Assembly: GCA_035935465.1 (NCBI GenBank)
Contig: DASYXA010000062.1
Location: 3,989 to 67,988, forward strand
DNA: 64,000 nt
Source of the DNA: Candidatus Limnocylindria bacterium
Lineage (GTDB): Bacteria > Chloroflexota > Limnocylindria > P2-11E
Direction of reading: 5' to 3'
Below, in pieces: positions 10,112 to 22,104 of this stretch. A program made the translations under genes and the position numbers. Each line of letters opens with the position of its first letter. The first letter of the stretch is position 1. Below the pieces are notes generated by a model, which was given only the letters and a program-made list of their open reading frames with translations, had not been told where the DNA came from and made no database searches.

Positions 10112-11221
10112 GTGAAACGCGTGCTGCTCATCGAAGACCTCCCGCAGGTCGCGGAGCACCTCAAGGGGATGCTCGGGCGCGAGAAGGACATCGAGGTCGC
10201 GGGCGTCCAGGCCCAGGCCGAGGCGGGGATCACGCAGGCGACCACCGAGAAGCCGGACGTCCTGCTCATCGACGCGCTCCTCCAGGGGAAGGTCACGGGA
10301 TTCGATGTCGCGAAGCGCGTCCGCGCGGCGTCGCCGGGGACCCGCATCGTGATGGTCACCGTCCCGCAGCGGCCGGTCGATCCGCGGCCCGAGGCCGGCA
10401 TCGACGCGGTGTTCGTGCTGCCCGGCGGCGCGAACGAGCTCGCGGCGGCGCTCGGCGGATCGAAGGACGCCAAGCACGAGGGCGGCGGGCAGGTCATCGC
10501 CGTCTACTCGCCGAAGGGCGGCACCGGGAAGACCACCATCGCGGTGAACCTCGCGTGCGTGCTCCGCCGCAACGGCGCCTCGGTCGCGCTGTTCGACGGC
10601 GTCATGCAGTTCGGCGCCGTGCGCCACCTGCTGCCGGTCCCGCCGGCGACGCGCTCGATCGTCGACCTGCCCGCCGGCGCCGCGATGCGCGCGTCGATCA
10701 CCGAGGCGATCTGGGAAGGCCCGGGCGGCATCGCGGTGCTGCTCGCCCCGCCGCGCCCCGAGGAGGCCGATCTCGTCGCCGCGACGGAGCTCACGAACGC
10801 GATCGCGCTGCTCGCCGACAACCACGATTACGTCATCGTCGACACGCCGAGCCGACTCTCCGAGGACACGCTTGCGATCCTCGATGCCGCGAACGTGATC
10901 CTGATCATCATCACCTACCAGGGCTCGACGATCGCGAACACCCGCTCGGCGATCGACACGTTCGAGGCGCTCGGCTACAAGGGCCAGAAGCCGCTCCTGC
11001 TCATCGTGAACCAGGCGGACATGACCGCGGGCCTCTCGAAGGGCGGCATGGAGCACGCTCTGAACCTGCCGGTCGTGGGCGAGATCCCGTCGGATTGGAA
11101 GCTCGTGAGCGAGTCCAACAACAAGCAGCAGCCGTTCGTCCTCGCGAACGCGAACGCGCCGGCGTCCCAGGCGATCGCCACCCTCGCGAACGCCCTCGTC
11201 AGCCAGCAACGGAAACGGTGA
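10112..11221 (+). CDS. Receiver domain fused to a MinD/ParA-type ATPase (CpaE/TadZ-like)
   Basis: N-terminal REC (LLIED...LLID), SPKGGTGKTT, VIVDTP, GEIPSD. Confidence 0.85.
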   Translation: MKRVLLIEDLPQVAEHLKGMLGREKDIEVAGVQAQAEAGITQATTEKPDVLLIDALLQGKVTGFDVAKRVRAASPGTRIVMVTVPQRPVDPRPEAGIDAVFVLPGGANELAAALGGSKDAKHEGGGQVIAVYSPKGGTGKTTIAVNLACVLRRNGASVALFDGVMQFGAVRHLLPVPPATRSIVDLPAGAAMRASITEAIWEGPGGIAVLLAPPRPEEADLVAATELTNAIALLADNHDYVIVDTPSRLSEDTLAILDAANVILIIITYQGSTIANTRSAIDTFEALGYKGQKPLLLIVNQADMTAGLSKGGMEHALNLPVVGEIPSDWKLVSESNNKQQPFVLANANAPASQAIATLANALVSQQRKR

Positions 11222-12042
11222 CCGCGGCAGCCGATCTGCCCATCGGGGTCTTCGACTCCGGCGTCGGCGGACTCACCGTGCTGCGCGAGCTGCGCCGCCA
11301 GCTTCCCGGTGAGTCGACGATCTACCTCGGCGACGAGGCGCGCATGCCCTACGGGCCGCGTCCGTCCGACGAGATCGTCGCGTTCACCCGCGAGGCGCTG
11401 CGGTGGTTCGCCCAGCGTGAGTGCAAGCTCGTCGTCCTCGCCTGCAACACCGCGACGGCGGTCGCGCTCGACGTCGTGCGCGACGAGTCGCACGTGCCGA
11501 TCATCGGGGTCGTACGCCCGGGTGCGGCGGCGGCGATCTCCGCATCGGCGCGCCGGTCCATCGGCGTGCTCGCGACGACCGCGACCGTCCGCTCCGGCGC
11601 GTACGCCCGGGCGCTCCGCGATCTCGATCCCCTCGCCGACGTGATCCAGCAGGCCTGCCCGGCGCTCGTGCCGCTCGTCGAAGGCGGCGCGGCAGACTCG
11701 CCGGAAGCCGAGGCCGCCGTGCGTGGATACGTCCAGCCGCTGCTCACCGAGGGTGGCGTGGTCCAGCCGGTGGTGGACACGCTGCTCCTTGGCTGCACGC
11801 ACTACCCGCTCCTGCGCGCGGTCATCGAGCGCGTCGCCGGCCCCGGCGTGCGCGTGGTCGACTCCGCCGCGACGACGGCGCTCGCGGTGCGCGAGGTGCT
11901 GCTGTCGCACCGTCTCGGGCGCGAGGCGGGATTGCCGACGCACCGCGTCTTCGCGACCGGACCGACCGGCCGCTTCCGCGACGTGGCGCGGACGATCTTC
12001 GGGGAAGACCTCCCGGCGGTCGAGCCGGCGACGCTCGCGTGA
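11218..12042 (+). CDS. murI: Glutamate racemase
   Basis: GVFDSGVGGLTV, LACNTA, LLGCTHYP. Confidence 0.95.
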   Translation: MTAAADLPIGVFDSGVGGLTVLRELRRQLPGESTIYLGDEARMPYGPRPSDEIVAFTREALRWFAQRECKLVVLACNTATAVALDVVRDESHVPIIGVVRPGAAAAISASARRSIGVLATTATVRSGAYARALRDLDPLADVIQQACPALVPLVEGGAADSPEAEAAVRGYVQPLLTEGGVVQPVVDTLLLGCTHYPLLRAVIERVAGPGVRVVDSAATTALAVREVLLSHRLGREAGLPTHRVFATGPTGRFRDVARTIFGEDLPAVEPATLA

Positions 12043-13142
12043 ACCTCAGCTCCACGATCACCGGCCTCCCATACGTGGGGAAGACGACGCTGTTCAACCT
12101 CCTCACCGGCGGGCATGCGTCGACGGGGGCGTTCGCCGGCGCGGAGGGCGAGACGAACATCGGCGTGGCCAAGGTGCCCGACCCGCGCGTCGCGGAGCTG
12201 TCGGCCCTGTTCACCCCGAAGAAGACGACGTTCGCGGAGATCACGTACCGCGACCTGGGGCTCGCGAAGGGCGCGGCGGGCGAGGGGATCAGCCCGAAGA
12301 AGCTCGGCGACCTGCGGAACTCCGACGCGCTCGTGCACGTCGTGCGCGCGTTCGCCGAACCGTCGGTGCCGCACGCGGAGGGCTCGGTCGACCCCTTGCG
12401 GGACATGGCGACGCTCGATCTCGAGCTCCTGTTCTCCGATCATGCGATCGTCGAACGGCGGCTCGAGTCGCTGCAGAAGGAGCTCCGCAGCGCGAAGGGT
12501 CCCGATCGCGAGGCCAAGGACCGCGAGCTCGCCTTCCTCCAGCGCGCGAAGCCGGCGCTCGAGGCGGAGACGCCGCTGCGCGACCTCGCCGTCGAGCCGG
12601 AGGAGCAGCGGCTCATCCGCGGGTATCGGTTCCTCACGCTCATGCCGCAGCTCGTCGTCGTGAACGTCGACGAAGCGGACGTCGCGTCACCCGACCCCGT
12701 CCTCGCGCCGCTGCGCGCCGCCGCGGCGAAGCATCGCGGCTCCGCGGTCGTGGCGGTGTGCGCGAAGATCGAAGCCGAGATCGCCGAGCTGCCGGCCGAC
12801 GAGGCGAGCGCGTTCCGCACCGAGCTCGGCCTGACCGAGGCGCCGCTCGACCGGATCGTGCATGCGACGTACGGCCTGCTCGGCCTCACGTCCTTCTTCA
12901 CGGCGGGCGAGGACGAGGTCAGGGCCTGGACGATCTACCAGGGCTCGACCGCGCAGCAGGCCGCCGGGGCGATCCACTCCGATCTCGAGCGCGGGTTCAT
13001 CCGCGCTGAGGTCATCCGCTGGGACGAGCTGATCAGGTCAGGCAGCGAGGCGAACGCGCGCAAGCAAGCGCTGCTGCGGACCGAGGGGAAGGGCTACGTG
13101 GTGCAGGATGGCGACACGATCAACGTCCTGTTCAATGTCTAG
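12039..13142 (+). CDS. ychF: Obg-like ATPase YchF
   Basis: GLPYVGKTT, NVDE, FFTAGEDEVRAW, AGAIHSDLERGFIRAEV, YVVQDGD. Confidence 0.93.
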   Translation: MNLSSTITGLPYVGKTTLFNLLTGGHASTGAFAGAEGETNIGVAKVPDPRVAELSALFTPKKTTFAEITYRDLGLAKGAAGEGISPKKLGDLRNSDALVHVVRAFAEPSVPHAEGSVDPLRDMATLDLELLFSDHAIVERRLESLQKELRSAKGPDREAKDRELAFLQRAKPALEAETPLRDLAVEPEEQRLIRGYRFLTLMPQLVVVNVDEADVASPDPVLAPLRAAAAKHRGSAVVAVCAKIEAEIAELPADEASAFRTELGLTEAPLDRIVHATYGLLGLTSFFTAGEDEVRAWTIYQGSTAQQAAGAIHSDLERGFIRAEVIRWDELIRSGSEANARKQALLRTEGKGYVVQDGDTINVLFNV

Positions 13143-13974
13143 AGCGCGCACGCCGTTCCTCGCGATCGGCCACACCGCGCGCGACGAGTTCCCCGATGGG
13201 CGCTGGCGCCTCGGGGGATCGGCGCTCTACGGCGCCGCGACGGCCGCGAAGCTGGGCGCGAACGTCACGCTCGTCACGCGCGCGGGTCCGCAGGAACGCG
13301 AGGCGCTCGCGACGCTCTGTCAGGAGCTCGGCATCACGCTGCGCGCGCTACCAAGCGATGTCACCACGACGTTCGGCTTCACATACGACGCGGCCGGCCA
13401 TCGCACGCTGCGCCTGCGAGCCAGGGCGGCGGCGATCGCGCGCGCGGACGTCGGTCGCACGGTCGGGACACCGAAGGCGGTGCTGCTCGCATCGATCGCG
13501 GGCGAGCTCGACGACTCGCTGTTCGCGCCGTGGTCCGGCGCGAAGCGCGTGCTCGCGGCGCAGGGGATGCTGCGGTCGTTCGCGGCGGACGGTACGGTCG
13601 TCGCGGCGCCGTGGCGTGATCACGCCCGGCTCCTGCCGAAGGTCGACGCCGTCGTCGTGAGCGAGGAGGACCACGCCGACGATCCGGCCTGGCTGCCGTT
13701 CACGACCGTCGTCGTCACGCAGGCCGAGCGCGGCTCGGTGCTGCACGGAAGCGGCCGCACGACGCACGTCGGCGCGTTCGCGGTCGACGAGGTCATCGAC
13801 CAGACCGGCGCGGGCGACGCGTTCGCCGCGGCCCTCGCGCTCGGTCTGGCCGAGGGGCTGCCGATCGTGCGGGCGGCGACGTTCGCGAGCGCGGCAGCGT
13901 CATTCGCGGTCGAGGGGCTGGGCATGTCGCGGCTCGCGGATCGCGCCCGGGTGCGGGAACGGATGCGCGAATGA
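13135..13974 (+). CDS. PfkB family carbohydrate kinase
   Basis: LGGSALY, DQTGAGDAF signature. Confidence 0.85.
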   Translation: MSRARTPFLAIGHTARDEFPDGRWRLGGSALYGAATAAKLGANVTLVTRAGPQEREALATLCQELGITLRALPSDVTTTFGFTYDAAGHRTLRLRARAAAIARADVGRTVGTPKAVLLASIAGELDDSLFAPWSGAKRVLAAQGMLRSFAADGTVVAAPWRDHARLLPKVDAVVVSEEDHADDPAWLPFTTVVVTQAERGSVLHGSGRTTHVGAFAVDEVIDQTGAGDAFAAALALGLAEGLPIVRAATFASAAASFAVEGLGMSRLADRARVRERMRE

Positions 13975-14789
13975 GCCGAATGAGCGTGGACTGGGCCGCG
14001 CTCGATCGCGGTGCGGGGGCGCTGGATGGGAAGGCCGGGCTCGTCGTGCTCGACGCCGAGGGGCGGACGCTCTACGAGCGCGACGCCGACCGCGCGTACC
14101 CAGCCGCGTCGGTCATCAAGATCCCGATCCTCATGACCGTGTACGCGGACGCGGCGGCGGGCCGCGTCTCGCTCGAGGAGCGGCTCGCGGTGGGGGAGCA
14201 CAAACCCGGGACCGGCGTGCTCGGGTTGGTGAAGGGCGTGACGGAGCTGAGCCTGCGCGATCATGCCACGCTCATGACGGTCGTCAGCGACAACACCGCC
14301 ACGAACCGGGTCATGGAGCGTCTCGGCGTCGAGCGGATCGGCGAGCGGATGCGCGAGTGGGGCTGCGTCCGGACGAAGCTGCAGCGGAAGATGTTCGACT
14401 TCGAGGCGGCGGATCGCGGGTTCGACAACGTCGCGAGCCCGCGCGAGACCGCCCGACTGCTGCTGCGGCTGGTGCGCGGCGAGCTGGTCGATCGCGCGAC
14501 GTCCGACGCGGTGCTGGCAGTGCTCGAGGGGACCCAGGACGACGCGCTCCTCCGCCGGTACCTGCCCGCCGGGGCGCGGGTGGCCCACAAGACCGGGTCG
14601 CTCGAGAAGGTCCGGAACGACGCAGCGGTCATCTGGGGAGAGCGGCCGGTGATCGCGGCGGGGTTCGTGAGCGGCGTGCCGGACATCCGCCCGGCCCGGT
14701 CGCTGCTCGGGCTCCTCGGGTGGCTCGCCTACGGCGCCGCGGGTGGCGACGCGAAGGGGCTTCCATCGGAGTGGCCCGAGGGGCGATGA
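13971..14789 (+). CDS. Serine hydrolase, class A beta-lactamase/PBP-like fold
   Basis: SVIK (SxxK), SDN, HKTG; no clear E166 omega-loop motif, so substrate uncertain. Confidence 0.85.
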   Translation: MSRMSVDWAALDRGAGALDGKAGLVVLDAEGRTLYERDADRAYPAASVIKIPILMTVYADAAAGRVSLEERLAVGEHKPGTGVLGLVKGVTELSLRDHATLMTVVSDNTATNRVMERLGVERIGERMREWGCVRTKLQRKMFDFEAADRGFDNVASPRETARLLLRLVRGELVDRATSDAVLAVLEGTQDDALLRRYLPAGARVAHKTGSLEKVRNDAAVIWGERPVIAAGFVSGVPDIRPARSLLGLLGWLAYGAAGGDAKGLPSEWPEGR

Positions 14790-15208
14790 TGGCGGTGATG
14801 CGGAAGGGCTCGCGGTCATCCGGCCGGTCGCGGCCGCGTGCGGGCCGCGCGGCGGTGGCGTCGCTGGGCCGGCCCTCGCTCGCGCTGCTCCTGTTGATCG
14901 CCGGTCTGCTCCTGGCGAGCGCGTTCGTCGCGATCGAGATCCAGCGGAACGCCCTCGCGCGGCAGTCGTCGGCGCTGCTGAGCGACATCGCGGCCGCGGA
15001 GGCGACGCACGCCCAGCTCGCCGCGGCTGTCGCGGCGAAGAAGACCGACGACTACGTGATCAACAAGGCCCGCGACTACGGATACGTGCTGCCGGGCGAG
15101 GCGTTGATCGGCGTGCAGCGGGACCCGGTGGCTCCCGTCGCCGCGGTGAATGCGCCCCGTCCGTCGCGCGTGCAGAAGTGGATCGCGCTGTTCTTCGGAG
15201 CGCGCTAG
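14786..15208 (+). CDS. Septum formation initiator (FtsB/DivIC-like)
   Basis: Basic N-terminus, one TM, coiled coil, YVINKARDYGYVLPGE. Confidence 0.75.
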   Translation: MMAVMRKGSRSSGRSRPRAGRAAVASLGRPSLALLLLIAGLLLASAFVAIEIQRNALARQSSALLSDIAAAEATHAQLAAAVAAKKTDDYVINKARDYGYVLPGEALIGVQRDPVAPVAAVNAPRPSRVQKWIALFFGAR

Positions 15209-15267
15209 AGGTCGCGCGCGACCGTCTCATCGAAACGAAGATCAGGCAGACCCAGTAGCATGGTGTT

Positions 15268-15326
<59 letters not shown>

Positions 15327-15339
<13 letters not shown>

Positions 15340-15410
15340 CAGAGCACCCGGGTCGTGGCCCGGGTGTTTTCGTACGTAGTCCTATTGCGCCGACGTCACG
15401 AGTTCGGTAC
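15327..15410 (+). repeat. Direct repeat copy 1 (tRNA 3' end, terminator, promoter); copy 2 at 15929-16010
   Basis: cttcctcccgcaacagagc...cccggg...cccgggtgttttcgtac...gtcctattgcgccgacgtcacgagttcggtac occurs twice, ~600 bp apart. Confidence 0.95.
15345..15370 (+). terminator. Intrinsic terminator after tRNA-fMet
   Basis: CACCCGGG/CCCGGGTG stem followed by TTTT. Confidence 0.75.
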
Positions 15411-15413
15411 CAA
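15385..15413 (+). promoter_or_regulatory. Sigma70-like promoter for leaderless HNH gene 1
   Basis: TTGCGC-17 nt-TACCAA, ATG 5 nt later. Confidence 0.55.
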
Positions 15414-15418
15414 GAGGC

Positions 15419-15910
15419 ATGCCGTACTCCGATCCCGAAAGACGTCGCGCCTTCGGTCGCGAGTGGATGAAGCGCAACGCGCAGAAGGCTCGCGAGGCGA
15501 TGCGGCGCTGGCGGAAGCAGCATCCGGATCAGCATCGGGCCGAACTCCGGTCGTACTACGCGCGTGACCCGGTCCGCCGGCAACGCCAGATCGATGCGAG
15601 TCCGAACCGAAAAGCGGTGCGCACCGCGATGAAGCATCGGCGCCGCGAGCGAAGCGCAGGCGGGTCGTCATTCACGGCTAAGGAATGGCTCGCAATGGTG
15701 GAACAGCATGGCGGACGTTGCGCATACTGCCGCGTCGTCGCGCCGCTTCAGGTCGATCATCGAACGGCATTGGCGCGCGGCGGGGCGAACTCGATCGGCA
15801 ACATCCTGCCGGCGTGCGCTCCGTGCAATTTGCGCAAGGGCACGATGAGCGAGGCGGAGTTCCGCGCACGTCTCGCTGCGGAACGGAGCGAGCGGTCCCC
15901 ATACAGTTGA
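15419..15910 (+). CDS. HNH endonuclease 1 (Zn-binding, Arg-rich N-terminal arm)
   Basis: CAYC...VDH...RGG..SIGN...CAPCNLRK; lower GC3 than flanking genes. Confidence 0.9.
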   Translation: MPYSDPERRRAFGREWMKRNAQKAREAMRRWRKQHPDQHRAELRSYYARDPVRRQRQIDASPNRKAVRTAMKHRRRERSAGGSSFTAKEWLAMVEQHGGRCAYCRVVAPLQVDHRTALARGGANSIGNILPACAPCNLRKGTMSEAEFRARLAAERSERSPYS

Positions 15911-15928
15911 CCTCTCGGACGTCCGGAA

Positions 15929-16010
15929 CTTCCTCCCGCAACAGAGCCCGGGTCCAAGCCCGGGTGTTTTCGTACCTGGTCCTATTGCGCCGACGTCACG
16001 AGTTCGGTAC
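15929..16010 (+). repeat. Direct repeat copy 2 (tRNA-fMet 3' fragment, terminator, promoter)
   Basis: 15979-16010 is identical to 15379-15410; the tRNA 3' acceptor strand is duplicated. Confidence 0.95.
15946..15970 (+). terminator. Intrinsic terminator copy 2
   Basis: CCCGGG/CCCGGG stem kept, loop changed (TCCAAG vs TCGTGG), TTTT tail. Confidence 0.65.
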
Positions 16011-16013
16011 TAA
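15985..16013 (+). promoter_or_regulatory. Sigma70-like promoter for leaderless HNH gene 2
   Basis: TTGCGC-17 nt-TACTAA, GTG 6 nt later. Confidence 0.55.
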
Positions 16014-16260
16014 GGAAGCGTGCCTCGCAAGGATCCGGAAGCACGACGCGCGTACCAACACGAATACATCAAGCGGACTGCCGAGCGGCACCGGCAGCAC
16101 TCGAAAGAGGCTATGCGGCGCTGGCGGCTGAACGAATCCCGAAGCCCGCTTGGCTCGGGATCGCGCCTACAAGTCTCGCCACAAAGAACAGGTCAATGCT
16201 GGCCACAAGTGTCGTCAACGGTCGAAAATTCACCCCCCTCCAACGGTCGAAAATGCACCC

Positions 16261-18232
<1,972 letters not shown>

Positions 18233-18688
18233 GTCCTTCCTCCTGCCCGACATCGACTTCGCCGAGCAGGCTGCCACCGGACGGAGGGACGCGATCAGGG
18301 CGAGCGGGGTGAGGTTTCGACCGGTCGCAGAGGGTGCTTATTCAACCGGTGCCGGCAACAAGCGTCATCGACTGAAGTACCCCGAGCAGCGACGGGCTAT
18401 CTGGCAGCGGCGGCGCGCGAGGGAATTAGGAGCAGACGGGAACTTCACCTCCGCTGAGTGGCTCGCTCTCCTGGCGTCGTACGAGCACCGATGTGGCTAC
18501 TGCGGCGATGGAGGGCCCATGCAGGCCGATCACCGCCTTCCTCTGGCTCGCGGGGGAACGCACTCAATCGAGAACATCATTCCGGCGTGCGGTCCATGCA
18601 ACCGCGAGAAGTCCACGATGACCGACTTGGAGTTCCGTCGACGTCAGACTATTGAAGCTAACAAGCGTTCTAAAATCAGGCGGAAAGC

Positions 18689-18761
18689 GGCTGGGTAGCT
18701 CAGCGGTTAGAGCAGTGGACTCATAACCCACAGGTCCCGGGTCCGAATCCCGGCCCAGCCA
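18689..18761 (+). tRNA. tRNA with CAT anticodon, non-initiator (Ile2 or elongator Met)
   Basis: GGCTGGG/CCCAGCC acceptor stem, GCTC/GAGC D-stem, CTCATAA loop; atypical TCCGAAT T-loop and A31-C39 mismatch. Confidence 0.85.
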
Positions 18762-18764
18762 CCG

Positions 18765-20144
18765 TTGACGACCACTCATTCGATCCGCGCCGCGGTCCTC
18801 GCCTTCGTGCGTCAGCACGACCTCCTGCCGCCAGGCCCGCTGGTCGTCGCGGTCTCCGGCGGCGCCGACTCCACCGCGCTGCTCCTGCTCCTGAGCGATC
18901 TCGCACCCGAGCTCGGGTGCGACCTCCACGTCGCGCACTTCGACCATCGGCTCCGCGCGCGCGCCTCGGCCAGGGACGCGCAGTTCGTCGCCGACCTCGC
19001 GCAGTCACGCGGCGCCACCATCCGCATCGGGCGCGCGGACGCCGCGCCGAAGAGCGAGGACGAGGCCCGCGAGCTCCGCTACGCGTTCCTGCGCCGCGCC
19101 GCGCGCGAGGTTGGCGCGTCGCGCATCGCCACCGGCCACACCCGCGACGACCAGGCCGAGACGGTCCTCCTGCACGCGACCCGGGGGAGCGGCCTCGCCG
19201 GCCTGGCCGGGATGCGACCGCTCCGCGATGACCTCGTCCGCCCGCTCCTCACGATCGGCCGCGCCGACACCGAGGCCCTCTGCGCGGACGCGAAGATCAC
19301 GCCGCGCGAGGACCGCTCGAACGCCGACCCGAAGTACGCGCGCAACCGGATCCGCCACGCGGTCCTGCCGGAGCTCGAGCGGATCAACCCGCGGGCCCGC
19401 ACCGCGCTCGCGCGCCTCGCGGACGCGGCCGCGCAGGCGGCCGACGCGGCGGCGCGCGCGGCCGCGCTGGCGCTCGACGCGGCCACGGATCCGGACGGGA
19501 TCGACCTCGATCGCCTCGGGCCCGCGGCGCGGGACGACGCGCTCGCGATCGCCTGGAGCCGCGCGACCGGCCGCACCCTCGCCGCGAAGCACCGCACCGC
19601 GTTCGCCGCGCTCGCGGCTGCGCGCGCCGGCACCGCGACGCTCGACCTGCCGGGCGGCCGCGCGGTCCGGGAGTACGCCCGGCTGCGGATCGACACGGGG
19701 CCCGCCGGGCGGACCGAGCCCGCCGGACCGGTGCCGCTGCCGACCGGCCGGACGGTCAGCTGGGACGGCTGGACGTTCATCGTGGGTTCACATCGGACCG
19801 GTACGTTCAGCGCGCCGGCGCCCGCGGGCGAGCTCGTCGTCCGATCACGGCGTCCGGGGGATCGGCTGGCCGGTCGGCTTCGTATCAAGGTGCAGGACCT
19901 GTTCACGGACGCGAAGGTGCCGGCGCGGGCGCGGGCCACCCACCCGCTCATCGCGACGGGTGCTGGGGAGGTCTGGTGGGTCGTCGGCCTGAAACATGCC
20001 GACGGCGAGGCGGCTCCGGGTCGCTGGATCGTCGCGACGCCGCCGGCGGCACGGATCGGAGCGATCAGGCGTTACACGGGTAACATCGATAGCAGCGACC
20101 GCCCGGTGGCGGATGAGAGAGGACACGGCAACGAACTTCGATAA
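18765..20144 (+). CDS. tilS: tRNA(Ile)-lysidine synthase
   Basis: AVSGGADS, ATGHTRDDQAET, RPLL, EDRSN...RNRIRH; start (TTG) uncertain. Confidence 0.93.
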   Translation: MTTTHSIRAAVLAFVRQHDLLPPGPLVVAVSGGADSTALLLLLSDLAPELGCDLHVAHFDHRLRARASARDAQFVADLAQSRGATIRIGRADAAPKSEDEARELRYAFLRRAAREVGASRIATGHTRDDQAETVLLHATRGSGLAGLAGMRPLRDDLVRPLLTIGRADTEALCADAKITPREDRSNADPKYARNRIRHAVLPELERINPRARTALARLADAAAQAADAAARAAALALDAATDPDGIDLDRLGPAARDDALAIAWSRATGRTLAAKHRTAFAALAAARAGTATLDLPGGRAVREYARLRIDTGPAGRTEPAGPVPLPTGRTVSWDGWTFIVGSHRTGTFSAPAPAGELVVRSRRPGDRLAGRLRIKVQDLFTDAKVPARARATHPLIATGAGEVWWVVGLKHADGEAAPGRWIVATPPAARIGAIRRYTGNIDSSDRPVADERGHGNELR

Positions 20145-22104
20145 CCGCATCTTCAAGAACGGCATCCTGACCTTGCTCCTCGTCCTGATGGGCGTGGCGC
20201 TCCTCTATGCCTACCGCGCCCAGAGCCCGTCCGCGGCGGTCGCGACGTACGACAAGGTCGTCTCCGAGATCCAGGCCGGGCAGGTCAGCAAGGTCACCAT
20301 CTCCGGGGCCACCGCGACGATCGAGAAGACCGACAAGACCCAGGAGACGGTCAACATCGGTACCGACACGGCGGGCACGTTCCAGAAGACGGTCCTCGAC
20401 TACAACAACACCCAGCCGGCCAGCAACCGGGTGACGTTGACGATCCAGCCGGATTCGCAGACCTTCGGCATCATCGGCTCGGTCCTGCTGAGCCTGCTGC
20501 CGGTGTTGCTCATCGGCGGCTTCTTCGTCTACATGATGCGGCAGGCGCAGGGCACGAATAACCAGGCGCTGTCGTTCGGCAAGTCGCGCGCGCGGATGTT
20601 CATCGGCAACAAGCCGACGGTGACGTTCGACGATGTCGCGGGCGTGGACGAGGCGAAGCAGGAGCTCACCGAGGTCGTGGAGTTCCTCAAGTACCCCGAG
20701 AAGTTCTCGACCCTCGGCGCGCGCATCCCGCGCGGCGTGCTCCTCGTGGGCCCCCCCGGCACCGGCAAGACGATGCTCGCGCGCGCGGTCGCCGGCGAGG
20801 CCGGCGTGCCGTTCTTCTCGATCTCGGGCTCCGAGTTCGTCGAGATGTTCGTCGGCGTCGGCGCGTCGCGGGTGCGCGACCTGTTCGACCAGGCCAAGCG
20901 CAACGCGCCGTGCATCGTGTTCATCGACGAGATCGACGCGGTCGGCCGCCAGCGCGGCGCGGGCCTGGGCGGCTCGCACGACGAGCGCGAGCAGACGCTC
21001 AACCAGATCCTCGTCGAGATGGACGGCTTCGACACCGGGACGAACGTCATCGTCCTCGCGTCGACGAACCGTCCGGACGTCCTCGACCCGGCGCTGTTGC
21101 GGCCCGGCCGGTTCGACCGCCAGGTCGTCCTCGACCGCCCGGACATCAAGGGCCGCAAGGGCATCCTCGACGTGCACGTCCGCGGCAAGCCGCTCGACAA
21201 GACCGTCGACCTCCTGCGGATCGCGCAGATCTCGCCCGGCTTTTCGGGTGCGGACCTCGCGAATGTCGTGAACGAGGCCGCGATCCTCGCCGCGCGCCGC
21301 AACCGCAAAGTGATCACCCAGATCGACTTCGAAGAGGCGCTCGAGAAGGTCTCGCTCGGACCCGAACGGCGCTCGCGCGTCATCTCCGAGAAGGAGAAGA
21401 ACATCGTCGCGTACCACGAGGCCGGCCACGCCCTGTGCTTCAAGCTGCTCACGAACACGAACCCGGTCCACAAGATCTCGGTCGTGTCGCGGGGCATGGC
21501 GATGGGCGTCACCTGGTCGCTGCCGCAGGAGGACCGCTACTTCCGCACGAAGCGCGAGTTCGAGGACGACATCGCCGCGGCGCTGGGCGGCTGGACCGCG
21601 GAGCAGCTGCACCTCGGCGGTGACGTCACGACCGGCGCGTCGAACGACATCGAGAAGGCGACCGAGATGGCCCGCCAGATGGTCACGAAGTACGGCATGA
21701 GCGAGAAGCTCGGTCCGCTCCAGTACGGCAAGACCGACGAGCTCATCTTCCTCGGCCGTCAGATCCAGGAAGAGAAGAACTACTCCGAAGAGACCTCCAA
21801 GCTCATCGACAGCGAGGTCCACGAGATCGTGGATCGCGCCCGCCGCCGCGCCCACGAGCTGCTCACGCAGTACCGGAGCCTGCTCGACGCGGTCGTGGCC
21901 CGACTCATCGAGCAGGAGACGCTCAGCTCCGACGAGTTCAACACCCTCGTCGACGGCCACCTCGGCCAGCAGCCCATCGCGGCGTCGACCCCCGGTGGCG
22001 GCACGACCCCGCCGTCCGGCGCGCCCGCCGGCGGGGCTCCCGAGGCGAAGCGCCGCGGACCCGAGACCGGGAAGGGTCCCGCTCCCGCCCCGACGCCCGC
22101 GTAG
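20113..22104 (+). CDS. ftsH: ATP-dependent zinc metalloprotease FtsH
   Basis: 2 [22 protein letters not shown] motif, HEAGH; start approximate. Confidence 0.97.
   Translation: MREDTATNFDNRIFKNGILTLLLVLMGVALLYAYRAQSPSAAVATYDKVVSEIQAGQVSKVTISGATATIEKTDKTQETVNIGTDTAGTFQKTVLDYNNTQPASNRVTLTIQPDSQTFGIIGSVLLSLLPVLLIGGFFVYMMRQAQGTNNQALSFGKSRARMFIGNKPTVTFDDVAGVDEAKQELTEVVEFLKYPEKFSTLGARIPRGVLLVGPPGTGKTMLARAVAGEAGVPFFSISGSEFVEMFVGVGASRVRDLFDQAKRNAPCIVFIDEIDAVGRQRGAGLGGSHDEREQTLNQILVEMDGFDTGTNVIVLASTNRPDVLDPALLRPGRFDRQVVLDRPDIKGRKGILDVHVRGKPLDKTVDLLRIAQISPGFSGADLANVVNEAAILAARRNRKVITQIDFEEALEKVSLGPERRSRVISEKEKNIVAYHEAGHALCFKLLTNTNPVHKISVVSRGMAMGVTWSLPQEDRYFRTKREFEDDIAAALGGWTAEQLHLGGDVTTGASNDIEKATEMARQMVTKYGMSEKLGPLQYGKTDELIFLGRQIQEEKNYSEETSKLIDSEVHEIVDRARRRAHELLTQYRSLLDAVVARLIEQETLSSDEFNTLVDGHLGQQPIAASTPGGGTTPPSGAPAGGAPEAKRRGPETGKGPAPAPTPA

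Noticed and set aside
13971-14789. True class A beta-lactamase resistance gene
   Set aside because: SxxK/SDN/KTG are present but there is no E166 omega-loop motif, and it sits in a housekeeping run.
15419-15910. IscB/Cas9-like RNA-guided nuclease
   Set aside because: 163 aa with HNH only; no RuvC motifs and no room for a large guide RNA.
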